Shown here piece after piece: positions 9,749-19,302 of a DNA stretch of 64,000 nucleotides. The notes below the pieces were generated by a model. It had not been told where the DNA came from. It was given only the letters and a program-made list of their open reading frames with translations, and ran no database searches. The translations under genes and the position numbers were made by a program. The stretch spans positions 1 to 64,000 of the IMG/VR virus record IMGVR_UViG_2921119228_000004, one strand, 5' to 3'. Every line of letters begins with the position of its first letter. The first letter of the stretch is position 1. The stretch comes from a virus. Taxonomy: Duplodnaviria > Caudoviricetes.

Positions 9749-9889
9749 ATGACAAACGAGGATTACATGAACAACGAGCTAGCCGAACTAGAGGCTATGA
9801 CAGAGAAAGAGGCTTGCGAGATTTATAACGTGGATTACAAAGCGGAGGCCGAGACATACATTCGTGAATATTGGATGTACATAGCATAA
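9749..9889 (+). CDS. Small acidic hypothetical protein (46 aa)
   Basis: MTNEDYMNNEL..., ATG directly after the promoter and repeat. Confidence 0.55.
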   Translation: MTNEDYMNNELAELEAMTEKEACEIYNVDYKAEAETYIREYWMYIA

Positions 9890-9921
9890 ACAGGATTACT
9901 AACACATAAAACTATACGATC

Positions 9922-10233
9922 ATGAAGAATTTTAGGACAAAAGTATTCAAACAGGCTCATGAGCTTATGAGAGCAACGGGAAAGGCATTTGCGGTATGCC
10001 TGTCCAAGGCGTGGGCGTTGTACCGCCTCACCAAGCGGATGCGCCGGGAAATAGTAACATTCGCTTACGAGAAAGCGGACAGAAGCTTGAGAAAGGCGAA
10101 AGGAACGCTTAAAGACGTTTCGAACCTCATCAAAGGCACAGGTTCGGAAAATTACAAGACCGTCCGTTACTTTGACGTTGAGGCGAACGGGTTCCGGTCA
10201 TTCAAGGTAGAGAATCTAATCACGATATATTAA
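9922..10233 (+). CDS. Phage protein with SH3-like beta-barrel (WYL_2/DUF2693-like)
   Basis: VTFAYEKADRSLRKAKGTL...VRYFDVEANGFRSFKVENL. Confidence 0.65.
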   Translation: MKNFRTKVFKQAHELMRATGKAFAVCLSKAWALYRLTKRMRREIVTFAYEKADRSLRKAKGTLKDVSNLIKGTGSENYKTVRYFDVEANGFRSFKVENLITIY

Positions 10234-10284
10234 ACGAAGGGAGTCAGCCGAATTTTCGGCACCCCCGATTATAAAAATCAAGTC

Positions 10285-10488
10285 ATGTATTTATCATTAG
10301 GAAAACAAGCCAAAAGACAGGTATCTATAAACGTCTTATCATGGCGATCCATCGCCAAATCACTAAAAGCATTATCATTCGGCTTGCTCGAATGCGATAA
10401 CAGGAACGACGTTATCGGCTATGTCAAGGTACTAATCTTATTGATGTCCGCATTCATTTTGGCCGGACTGGAAGGAGGTACGCTATAA
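10285..10488 (+). CDS. Small membrane-anchored hypothetical protein
   Basis: 67 aa with C-terminal hydrophobic segment; stop/start coupling with next gene. Confidence 0.55.
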   Translation: MYLSLGKQAKRQVSINVLSWRSIAKSLKALSFGLLECDNRNDVIGYVKVLILLMSAFILAGLEGGTL

Positions 10489-10694
10489 TGGAAGAGATTC
10501 AAAAAAGCCTCCAGCTTTATAGGGAACAAATTAAGTTCTATTCGGACTTTATTATTGGCCTAGCAAAGGACTACAATATGTTGTTTGACGAAGTGAAGGA
10601 ACTGCGACAAGCCGTTGATGAGCTAAAAGGCGTGAAACGCCCTGTTCATGCCGTTATGGTTCCCATGTTTAGCAAGAAGGGAGGCCACAAATGA
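10488..10694 (+). CDS. Small coiled-coil protein 1
   Basis: 68 aa, heptad pattern, coupled start/stop. Confidence 0.6.
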   Translation: MEEIQKSLQLYREQIKFYSDFIIGLAKDYNMLFDEVKELRQAVDELKGVKRPVHAVMVPMFSKKGGHK

Positions 10695-10888
10695 ATGAGG
10701 CGATAGATATGTTGACAATCAAGGTTGAGGCCCTAAGTAAGACTGTATCAACCTTATGCAAGGAAAATTGCAGATTGAACAACGAGATAGAAGGATTAAA
10801 GGTCTTGATCGAAGGAAAACATAATGCTAACCGTATTTTCCATAAGGCCATGACCGTATCATTACAAGGAGGCCGATATGGAAGATGA
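10691..10888 (+). CDS. Small coiled-coil protein 2
   Basis: 65 aa, ATGA overlap with previous gene. Confidence 0.6.
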   Translation: MNEAIDMLTIKVEALSKTVSTLCKENCRLNNEIEGLKVLIEGKHNANRIFHKAMTVSLQGGRYGR

Positions 10889-11096
10889 GAGGACGTTAAC
10901 GGTGAACGAGAGGATAGATATGCTAAATCTCAAATTGGATGTAATATTAAAAGAGATATCCCTATTGAGAGGCGACCAGAGACTATTTCACGAAGATATA
11001 GGGAATCGGATAAGCTCACGAACGACAAGCAACCGAATATCGGATAGTTGCAAGATTATTAATTTCAATCAAGATAAAAGGCATGGACACATGTAA
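10878..11096 (+). CDS. Small coiled-coil protein 3
   Basis: 72 aa, overlaps both neighbours. Confidence 0.6.
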   Translation: MEDERTLTVNERIDMLNLKLDVILKEISLLRGDQRLFHEDIGNRISSRTTSNRISDSCKIINFNQDKRHGHM

Positions 11097-11571
11097 ATCA
11101 AATATAAAACGACTGGAAAGCGTTCAAAAGTACCTATTCGCTTACGCCTTCCATCTTTGCGGGAACGTTAACGACTCGAAAGACCTAGTGCAAGATGCCA
11201 ATATCCGTATATTGGATAACCTCGATAAGTTCCGGTATGGTGACAACTTTAGGGGCTGGTGCGCCGTCATCATGAGAAATCTATATCATAATCAATGTTT
11301 GCGTTACAGGCCCGTTCCCGTGGGTGATCCGGCTATCTATGCGTGTGATATGCTGGAGGACGGCGATATACTCCAAGACATCAGGGACGAGTATCAAAGA
11401 GTTAACAGGGTCATGCGTGACAAGGGGATGATCGAGCTTTCCTTGTTCATGGAAGGATATAACTATCTGGAGATATCCGACCGGACAAAGAAACCCATAG
11501 GTACGGTAAAGAGCCGCATATTTTTCCAGAGAAAGAGCGTTTTCAAATTACTTAACAGGACTGAGTTTTAA
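11083..11571 (+). CDS. ECF-type sigma-70 family sigma factor
   Basis: Region 2 DSKDLVQDANIRIL...FRGWCAVIMRN; region 4 GYNYLEISDRTKKPIGTVKSRIF. Confidence 0.85.
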   Translation: MDTCKSNIKRLESVQKYLFAYAFHLCGNVNDSKDLVQDANIRILDNLDKFRYGDNFRGWCAVIMRNLYHNQCLRYRPVPVGDPAIYACDMLEDGDILQDIRDEYQRVNRVMRDKGMIELSLFMEGYNYLEISDRTKKPIGTVKSRIFFQRKSVFKLLNRTEF

Positions 11572-11576
11572 TAGAT

Positions 11577-11759
11577 ATGGACGATAAATTATTGTTGAGA
11601 CAGGTCAGCATGATAACCGGGGTATTATCGGATCTCATGAAGGAAGTGGCAGATATACGCAAACGTATAGTGGAGTTGGAGAAAGGCGGCAGTAAGACAG
11701 TCCGTAATACCGGCAAGCGTAATATTGTGGATATGTACACGAGAAAACGACTTGAATAG
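11577..11759 (+). CDS. Small coiled-coil protein 4
   Basis: 60 aa, 5 nt after the sigma gene, same architecture as 10488-11096 proteins. Confidence 0.55.
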   Translation: MDDKLLLRQVSMITGVLSDLMKEVADIRKRIVELEKGGSKTVRNTGKRNIVDMYTRKRLE

Positions 11760-12499
11760 TTGAGGATAACTCTGCAAACTCGGAAATTTGCATGCGATAA
11801 ATACCCTTCCTTGATCCGGATTCATTCAATTGGCAATGGCTAACTTTAGTCGCATTCTGGACAAGCCTCAACCGAAAAACCTAGCATCCCGGCTATTATC
11901 GGTTGAGGCTTATTTATATCTATCTAATAATCAATCTGAACGCAAAAATACGTTTAGCTTTTGTATCAAATATTTACGACAATCCAACTTTGGTTTTTCG
12001 TCTAATTGTAGTTCAGAGCCTCCCTTAATCAGACTAACCCCGTCTGTTTTTCGGATGTTTGCCATGTACCAGAATTGCATGCAGGAATGACCAAACAAAG
12101 ATTAGATGAAAAGGGTATTAGTTCAATTAACACCCCTACAAACGATGTCTATCTAGTGGACACCACAACAGAGGGGGGTCGTTTAGACCGACACCGTCCC
12201 CCCGTTCGGATTGGGGTCACCGATTCAATGGCAGGGAACTGTAAGCAGATTTTGTCAACCATGATTTGTGACATTCCCATGAACGTAGATTTATAATTCA
12301 GATATTCGAGCAAAAAAGCGATTCCCCTTATTGCCGCACGAAAGGGACAAACAAATTATTATAGGAACGACTCCACTAGGATGCAATAATCAAATGTAAA
12401 ATGAAACTAAATTAGTATTGAGTAGTAAAAATTCCCCCTATACCTTAAAACAAGAGATTATCCAATGAAAGATGAAAACAAATCCTCACCGTATAGATG

Positions 12500-12518
12500 T
12501 TGTGCAACCGTTGTGCAA
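12500..12518. repeat. Tandem TTGTGCAA repeat, probable integrase arm-type site of element A
   Basis: TTGTGCAA-CCG-TTGTGCAA, 55 bp from the att core. Confidence 0.55.
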
Positions 12519-12573
12519 ATTCACGGATAACAAAACACAACGAACTGATAATAAGCTATCTAAAAATCAACAT

Positions 12574-12591
12574 AGTAGTCTCGCCGGGAAT
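12574..12591. repeat. att core (18-bp direct repeat, tRNA-Arg 3' end)
   Basis: AGTAGTCTCGCCGGGAAT, identical to 24331-24348. Confidence 0.9.
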
Positions 12592-12647
12592 ACCAATAAT
12601 CACTATAAACACCTATAAATCAATTTAATAATTTAAGACAAAGATCC

Positions 12648-12667
12648 TGCGGTAAGAATAGCGGTAA
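12648..12667. repeat. Arm-type repeat of element B (left end)
   Basis: TGCGGTAAGAATAGCGGTAA, matches 24196-24216. Confidence 0.7.
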
Positions 12668-12871
12668 TAAAACCTCTCCTTAATCGTATCTGTAAACATC
12701 ACATTTGCACTGCGAAATCAATATTTATATCCAAATTACACTGCCATACAGCGGTATCGCAAGTAGTTTATTTAACTCATAAACATCCAAAGGGAAACAG
12801 AGGAATGATAGAAGCCCCCTGCTGCCGTCCACAGGTACAAGGCCTCCCCCTAACAATCGAACCCCAGTTAT

Positions 12872-13462
12872 CTACCACGCTCCATATTCTATGCATGCCG
12901 TACCCTTCTGGGGATCTATACGCATTGTGAAGAAGGTTCCATCTTCCGAAATCTCATTAAAGTAAAAACTACCATCCTCCGACATGCTCCAATGAGCCGG
13001 GGGATTCGTCTTCATCCACCAATAGAATCTCTCCGTTTCACGACCCGGTTCAAACTTAATATCTATCCGATCAATATAGTCCAAAGTGAACGACTTTTTT
13101 CCATAGGTGCGATCTATAACCTCGTACGCTGGCAATCCTACACCTACCTTGTATGAGATCTCCATACGGCTCCCATACGGCTTATTGACGATATCTGATA
13201 CAAACGAGCAAACATATATTAAGCTAATAAGAGAGATAGGGGATAACAGCGCATAAGAACACCTTCTCCAACTCGCCCGCCGCCATTTCCGCTCAATCCA
13301 CACGTACAAAGGCGGACAACATCCCCATGAGACCCAAGTAGCCAACCAAAGGCAAAAAGACTTAAATGTCCATCGCTCCGGCCTTGCCCAAAATAGAAGG
13401 ATTATGAAAGCCAGTAACCCACCACCCCAAACTATCACACTAACTAATAAAAAAAACATCAT
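12872..13462 (-). CDS. Membrane protein (2-3 N-terminal TM helices plus soluble C-domain)
   Basis: Hydrophobic N-terminal half; paralog of 15855..16558. Confidence 0.7.
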   Translation of the reverse strand: MMFFLLVSVIVWGGGLLAFIILLFWARPERWTFKSFCLWLATWVSWGCCPPLYVWIERKWRRASWRRCSYALLSPISLISLIYVCSFVSDIVNKPYGSRMEISYKVGVGLPAYEVIDRTYGKKSFTLDYIDRIDIKFEPGRETERFYWWMKTNPPAHWSMSEDGSFYFNEISEDGTFFTMRIDPQKGTACIEYGAW

Positions 13463-13656
13463 AACGCCTCAAATTAAGAACTACTATTTTACCTTATTCA
13501 TACTCCTTCTTTATAATTATCATAATCTCGTATCCAATCCAATTCTTTTGCACTCGAAGGTTCTGTATAAAATAGATCTATAACACTTACATTTCTATTT
13601 AGGGCAGCTATCCCTTATAATTAAATCACATGGTCATATAAAGTTCCATTTCTTTC

Positions 13657-15741
13657 CTATGGAGTTGTTGTTCGCATTGCCAACATGATACATTCCCCAA
13701 CAAGTGCTATTTCCGCTAGTAAATAATGTCGAGTATTGTTCCACATCACACTATGTCCTGCAATTTCCGCCGTACGTAAGAAATTATTACGTACTCTCAC
13801 GTCATTGAAATATGTTGCTGCCCCCACAGCGAATGCTGTTCCGGATGGACTGAGGTTGAACAGTACCGGGCCTGCATCAATGTCAAATCCCAACCAACAC
13901 GAATAATCATGATATTCCCGTATACCAGACAATAAACCTGATTGCAAAAAATGGGATTTGAGCCTATGATATTGCTCTCTTGCAAATACTGAATCTATCT
14001 GCGTGAGGTATAGACAGTTTAATGCGGAGTACGAGCCTTTCACCGGGGCGGCTTTAAACGGTATGCCATCCTCACTCAAAAATGAGACAAGTAGGCCTGT
14101 TTCTTTGTCAAGCCATTCAGATTTAGCCTTTCGTACCCATTTACGTACCGTAGAAATATATTTTCCCTTGTTTAATTTCGAGTAATTATTCAGTGCGACA
14201 ATCGCAACAAGCATATCAGGGACATATATACATTCGCTTGGATATGTTGGTAAGTTTAGACTTTTACTTCGAAGAAGCCGACGATTCATAGTTCCGCAAA
14301 GATCATCAAACAAGTTATTATATTTATCATTTCCTCCGGCCATCTTATACTCGCTTATCATCCACGCAAGATGACTGATATATGAAATATGACTCCTGTC
14401 ACCATCCAATGTTTCCAGAGGATCCTCGCCCCAACGCTCAGCATCATATTTTCTCAACTCAAAGGAAAGTACCATCTCAATAAGATTATCTATGTTCTCT
14501 AGATTCTCTGTTTTTGTTTCGGGATAAAGTTTCGACATATTGAATAAGGCTGCCGCCAGCATTGAACAAGAATACAACGCCCACTCACCTTGAAATTGCG
14601 TTCCAATTCCTTCTGGCATTTCACACAACAACGCACGTGGTGAAGTTACTACACGATCGATCAGGAAATCCCGACGTTGAATGAGTTCCCCCTTCTCATC
14701 CTCCCATGTACCATTATCAGTACACGACCAGTAAACCCATAATATTTTGACCAATATAAATGCAACCATCACCACTGCGATTTTAATTGATTTGTGTATC
14801 AAATCAATATTGTCTCGTATAATATCTACATATTTCTCAGGCTCAACCGTTTCACGCTTGGGTTGCAAGCACGAACAGGGCAAACTAATCTTATTTTGCC
14901 ATTCATTGTCAAGATAATCCTCAAAACGGATGACGACCTTCAACAGATCATCGGATAAACGTTTCTGGCACTCTTTAATAATGTATTCAGGAATTGGATA
15001 AACACAAGCCGCTATTGCGCCAGCTATAGCACCTTGCGTATCAGCGTCACCACCGAGTGACACGGCATTTCTTATCGCATCTTCATAACTATCGGCTTCT
15101 AAAAATGCGATGATAGCCTCAGGCACGCTACCTTGGCAAGATACATCAAATTCATATCGGGGCCGAATCTCATTCAATGTACGGTTCATGTTATATTCGA
15201 ACTGATTGGTAACAAAATCTCTTATGTGTACTTTTAATTCGTCTATTTCCCCAGTCCAATGTAGCGCAATGAATATACTTGCAGCTACAGCCTGCGCTCC
15301 CTTTATAGCTTCCGGATGATTGTGTGATACTGCGGCTGTTTGTTTCGCTAAGCGCAAGCATTCATCCAAAGTCTTAGCAACAAGGCCTACCGCACTAACA
15401 CGCATAGCGGAACCATTCCCCCATGAGTTATAGGGGGTTGGATCATTACATAACCAATTGCAGAAAAGGCCACCGTAGCCAACAGCCGGATAACGGTTGC
15501 CAAATTCACACATAGTGTCTACAAGCGTGTATTCTGAGCGGGTGACATCCTCCATTAGCCATCGTGCGATAGCTAATGTCATCACCGTATCGTCTGTAAA
15601 ACAGGCACCATACGGAAATAACTCGAAGTCTTTGCTCTTGACAGAACGAAACTCATACATCGAACCTATAATATCACCAGCAATCGCTCCATAGATAGTT
15701 CTGTAAGTATTTTTCATCATGGCTAACTTCTCTCTATACAT
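13657..15741 (-). CDS. ADP-ribosylglycohydrolase domain fused via a TM helix to an uncharacterised helical domain
   Basis: GAIAGDIIGS, FTDDT, SWGNGSAMR, SHNHP, GGDADT (DraG/ARH motifs) in the first ~285 aa; hydrophobic IAVVMVAFILVKILWVYW; ~350-aa C-domain. Confidence 0.8.
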   Translation of the reverse strand: MYREKLAMMKNTYRTIYGAIAGDIIGSMYEFRSVKSKDFELFPYGACFTDDTVMTLAIARWLMEDVTRSEYTLVDTMCEFGNRYPAVGYGGLFCNWLCNDPTPYNSWGNGSAMRVSAVGLVAKTLDECLRLAKQTAAVSHNHPEAIKGAQAVAASIFIALHWTGEIDELKVHIRDFVTNQFEYNMNRTLNEIRPRYEFDVSCQGSVPEAIIAFLEADSYEDAIRNAVSLGGDADTQGAIAGAIAACVYPIPEYIIKECQKRLSDDLLKVVIRFEDYLDNEWQNKISLPCSCLQPKRETVEPEKYVDIIRDNIDLIHKSIKIAVVMVAFILVKILWVYWSCTDNGTWEDEKGELIQRRDFLIDRVVTSPRALLCEMPEGIGTQFQGEWALYSCSMLAAALFNMSKLYPETKTENLENIDNLIEMVLSFELRKYDAERWGEDPLETLDGDRSHISYISHLAWMISEYKMAGGNDKYNNLFDDLCGTMNRRLLRSKSLNLPTYPSECIYVPDMLVAIVALNNYSKLNKGKYISTVRKWVRKAKSEWLDKETGLLVSFLSEDGIPFKAAPVKGSYSALNCLYLTQIDSVFAREQYHRLKSHFLQSGLLSGIREYHDYSCWLGFDIDAGPVLFNLSPSGTAFAVGAATYFNDVRVRNNFLRTAEIAGHSVMWNNTRHYLLAEIALVGECIMLAMRTTTP

Positions 15742-15854
15742 AAATTCTTTAACACAAAGATTGCAAAAAACCTCGATTTACCATCGGTAACTTGTTTCAT
15801 TTTCGACCTACCACCAAGGATCTTGTATGGCGAAAATCATTCCGACTCCAATTA

Positions 15855-16558
15855 TCGAAGTCCCTCCATATCACATATATGCCTTATTCTCTCTAGGATC
15901 TATATCCATAAAGAAGTAAATTCCATCATCTAATTCTCATCGAATGGGAAATCACCATCTTCCGATATACTCCAATGAGCCGGGGGATTCGTCTTCATCC
16001 TTTGTTGGAACTCTCCGTTTCACTACCCGAATCAAGCCTAATGTCAACCTCATCCGTATCCCCATTTCGGCCATGAGAATTTACAATCTTGTATGCTGCC
16101 CCTATCCCTACCTTGCTTGAAAGATCTCTTCGGTTATAGAAAGGCTTATTGACGCACTTACATACCAATGAACAGATATATACTAAGTAAATAAGAGAGA
16201 TTAGAGATAACAGCGTATCAATCCCTGTCCAGTCTCTATTAATAGCATTGAGATCTATTATCAGGCTATCAAGGTTATGGATGAAGCGATGCGGATCGAG
16301 CGTACAGGCATCCACCAAGAAAAGAAAAGAGACTGGGGATAACAGCACAAATAGCGCCCTTCTTAGACTAGCCTGCCGCCACTTCCGCTCAATCCATACG
16401 TACAATGGTGGAAAACAACACCACGAGACCAAAGAAACCAACCAAAGACAAAAAGACTTAAATGTCCATCGCACCGGCCTTGTCTTAAATGCAAGGATTA
16501 TAAAAACCGATAATTCAAAGATAATCAAACTTATACAAGCTAACACCAAAAACACCAT
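15855..16558 (-). pseudogene. Decayed paralog of 12872..13462
   Basis: DNA homology continues past the stop at 15995; a 1-nt shift restores MKTNPPAHWS; further in-frame stops; internal insertion in the TM region. Confidence 0.7.
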
Positions 16559-17128
16559 AACGCCTCAAATTAGGAACAACTTATTTAATACCATAGTACA
16601 CACTATCGAATAGAAGATCAAAAACCTCGTTTTTACCATATTCACAACTTTACCGCTTTCTTTTAATTAGTGTTATTTGCATTCAGGCCGTTTCTTTTGC
16701 CCTCTAAGACACGATATAGGACGGATCTATAAATAACCCCTTTATCAGTTATCACCCCTTATTCGCAAGGAATAGGCTCATGTTTCATATCCTCATCGCC
16801 AAGCACCACAAGAGAAAACGGGGCTGGTGTCCCCGCCGCCGCCTTCCGCATCCACTCGCAGCCTCCTCCTTTGGTGCCGCCCCGATCCACGCCAAATAAA
16901 GCCATTCGTACCCCAAATACCTCCTAAAGATCATCCTTGAATATAGTAGGATTCAATTCAACCGGGGATCTCCACTCTATTCGATAGTCCTCCCATAAAA
17001 AACGTTTCATCACTTGCCAATACTCAAAACATGAGACCGGGGTACGAAACCAGCTACCAGAATCAATTTTTTATCAGAGAAGTAAGATCGTAGCTTTTCC
17101 GCCAACTCCTTCTCTATTGGCAAACACC

Positions 17129-17677
17129 TTAACTGTGATCTATTTGTTGACGTAAACGTTTCACAAGCCAACTATGATGATCGTAAAAAGCTCCAACAAA
17201 TAAAATATCCTCATTACTATTTTTATTCTCCTCATAAAGTCGCGCTAATCTATAGAAACATTCTCCCATATCATATAACATAAAAGGTTCTACAACTATA
17301 CATAAATATAAATATCTCGAGATATATTGCTTTGTTCTAGGGTAATCGGAATGAAGCAAATGATATAAATCATAATCCCAGCCTTCTTGTCGAAGAAGGT
17401 ATAGAGCTTCAAAGCCTCCATTAGTAGGCAAATGTAACTTTTCAGCTATTTGTGTCAAGAAAGAATCTATCTTTTTTAACTTCAAATCAAAATCAAAGTC
17501 AAGACCTCGTTTTTCTACAAATATTGTTCCAAACCATATATCAAACATCAATAGTTCAAATTTGCCCGCATTGGTAAGCCCCCCAGGAAAATTAAAGTTC
17601 TCCATTCCCTCTAATGCCACTTTAAATATAGCATTCAATGTAGCCTCTTCTATCTTTCTTCTTAAAAAGCCAAACAT
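17129..17677 (-). CDS. Hypothetical protein
   Basis: 182-aa ORF, last gene of a 4-gene operon. Confidence 0.65.
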   Translation of the reverse strand: MFGFLRRKIEEATLNAIFKVALEGMENFNFPGGLTNAGKFELLMFDIWFGTIFVEKRGLDFDFDLKLKKIDSFLTQIAEKLHLPTNGGFEALYLLRQEGWDYDLYHLLHSDYPRTKQYISRYLYLCIVVEPFMLYDMGECFYRLARLYEENKNSNEDILFVGAFYDHHSWLVKRLRQQIDHS

Positions 17678-17702
17678 ATCTATATATTTTTACAAATAAT
17701 CA

Positions 17703-17984
17703 TCAAACATGTCCATTACAAGCATAACCTATTGATAAGCAAATCGCAGCTAATATCATAGAAAAAACAAGCGCTCTAAAAATGTTCCATAAAGGCCCAA
17801 TCTTTCGTTCTGCGGTAGTATCTATTTCATCTATCTTATTCATGATACCTTTTGTGCTTTCTGTGTGAATATTAGAGATCTCTTTCGCTGATCCAAGGAT
17901 AGATTCCATCTTACAAAGATCTTGATATTCACATTGCATACAATCTTTTACATTCGGGTTTGATAAGTTCTTTCTACATTTCAT
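17703..17984 (-). CDS. Small protein with N-terminal Cys cluster and C-terminal TM helix
   Basis: C-x10-C-x2-C-x5-C; hydrophobic C-terminus. Confidence 0.6.
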   Translation of the reverse strand: MKCRKNLSNPNVKDCMQCEYQDLCKMESILGSAKEISNIHTESTKGIMNKIDEIDTTAERKIGPLWNIFRALVFSMILAAICLSIGYACNGHV

Positions 17985-17995
17985 AAGTACTATAT

Positions 17996-18343
17996 TTAAA
18001 ATGTTATATTAAGTTGTTCCTTTACTTGTTCTTTTATATTCAATAACTGTTGATAGTCTGTCTTATATTTAGTGATATTTTGATATATCCCTGTTGCTAT
18101 CTCTTTTTGTGTTGGCTCAATAAATCGATCTGGATGGCACTTCACTTTCAAAAGATCATATAATCGTTTTGATAGAAAAAGATTATTCATAACGGCATCC
18201 ATACTGATTTCTTGATTTCTACATGACATTATCTTTTCTTTAAAAGAATCGTCTTTATGATTCTCTCTTTTCTTACTAAAATTCCTCAATATCTTCCACA
18301 CGACAATGCTCCTCCTATATTTGAAAATTTCTTTAATTCCCAT
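17996..18343 (-). CDS. J-domain-like (HPD motif) protein
   Basis: LYDLLKVKCHPDRF followed by helix IATGIYQNIT. Confidence 0.55.
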   Translation of the reverse strand: MGIKEIFKYRRSIVVWKILRNFSKKRENHKDDSFKEKIMSCRNQEISMDAVMNNLFLSKRLYDLLKVKCHPDRFIEPTQKEIATGIYQNITKYKTDYQQLLNIKEQVKEQLNITF

Positions 18344-18696
18344 TTGAGTCCCCTTTTCCCTACTGAATCATGAACCTCTAAAGTATCCCAACCTAATGAA
18401 ATCAAGTGCCTCACTAACATTTCATCCGATAGTATGACAAGACCTATTTGCATTTGTTCCTCACGAGTAAGAGCTGTTCCTGAAAGTGCTTTGATTCTAA
18501 ATCCTCCAGATAAGAATTTTGAGAATTCATGTCGATAACTAATTTCGCCAACAGATGTTCTTGCCTCAATTAAAGTTGGGGTTATACCCAATATATAAGC
18601 ATTTTTAGCTGCATTATTAAACGAAGATAACAGTTCTCTTCTATCTGTTACGTTAGAGAACCAATCCACAATACGAGACCAGATATTTTGAATCAT
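18286..18696 (-). CDS. Hypothetical protein
   Basis: Likely start MIQNIW at 18696 because the longer ORF runs into the structured leader. Confidence 0.6.
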   Translation of the reverse strand: MIQNIWSRIVDWFSNVTDRRELLSSFNNAAKNAYILGITPTLIEARTSVGEISYRHEFSKFLSGGFRIKALSGTALTREEQMQIGLVILSDEMLVRHLISLGWDTLEVHDSVGKRGLKWELKKFSNIGGALSCGRY

Positions 18697-18751
18697 AAAA
18701 AAACAAGTTGTTCCTCCCTGTCCCCTTCGTTCGGTGGTTTTTAAATAAAAA

Positions 18752-18958
18752 GCGTAGGGACTATTGATATTATCACATTTGAGGCTCTGGACTGCCCATC
18801 GAACGATAATATACAATAGCCCCACGCTTTATGAGCGTATATAGTTCTCCCGTAAAGGAAATATATAACGACATAAGCGCAGGAGCATCTTGGCTATTAT
18901 CCCGCTCGATGAAATTGTCCAGATTCCAAATGTGAGATAATATCTTAACGCTTCTACG
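18752..18958 (-). ncRNA. Long multi-stem hairpin leader upstream of the 4-gene operon
   Basis: Nested complementary blocks GATATTATC(TC)ACATTTG, TCTGGAC/GTCCAGA, CATCG..GATAAT, AATAGCC/GGCTATT; -7 box TACATTTG just upstream on the minus strand. Confidence 0.5.
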
Positions 18959-19210
18959 TTATTTTCAATACATCGCAAATGTATTACATATAAAACAAAA
19001 GGCAAAGAAAATCGCAGAGAATCTTATTTAAAGCTACTCACAAAACATTTCAAGAAAACATATAGGAATATAGGGGCGGGGTTATATAGCCTAAAACGGG
19101 CTTAAAAACGCCTTATACGCCAACGATACACTATCGTATAGCAGTTTGCCGAAAAGTACGAGATTGGTAACTTGGTTGATAGTGATCGTATTAAAAATGA
19201 GAGAGGCGAA

Positions 19211-19258
19211 AGATACCACCTCCTCGGAAATATCCCCCACCTCTCTAAATTTATTTGA
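19211..19258. repeat. 48-bp direct repeat, copy 1
   Basis: 47/48 identical to 20041-20088. Confidence 0.9.
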
Positions 19259-19302
19259 TATCCCCCCCAATAAAGGGTTATTTTCTAAAACAATACATTG
19301 AG

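Larger units (their letters stand above)
1..12591. mobile_element. Element A: phage-related integrative element (satellite/PICI-like), left end outside window
   Basis: Gene order hypothetical-excisionase-rep-DnaB-nuclease-terS-like, plus repressor and sigma factor; no capsid, portal or tail genes; ends at the tRNA-derived core 12574-12591 preceded by TTGTGCAA tandem repeats. Confidence 0.7.

Noticed and set aside
11830-12296. ORFs 11830..12090 and 12075..12296
   Set aside because: No recognisable motif or coupling to the upstream operon; cannot tell from chance ORFs near the att end
16760-17128. Gene in the GC-rich patch left of 17129
   Set aside because: Coding-like fragments are interrupted by stops in every frame; possibly a remnant, product not assignable
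19123-19137. Rolling-circle nick site at ACGATA-CAC-TATCGT
   Set aside because: Only a 6-bp stem and no match to a nick consensus I can vouch for
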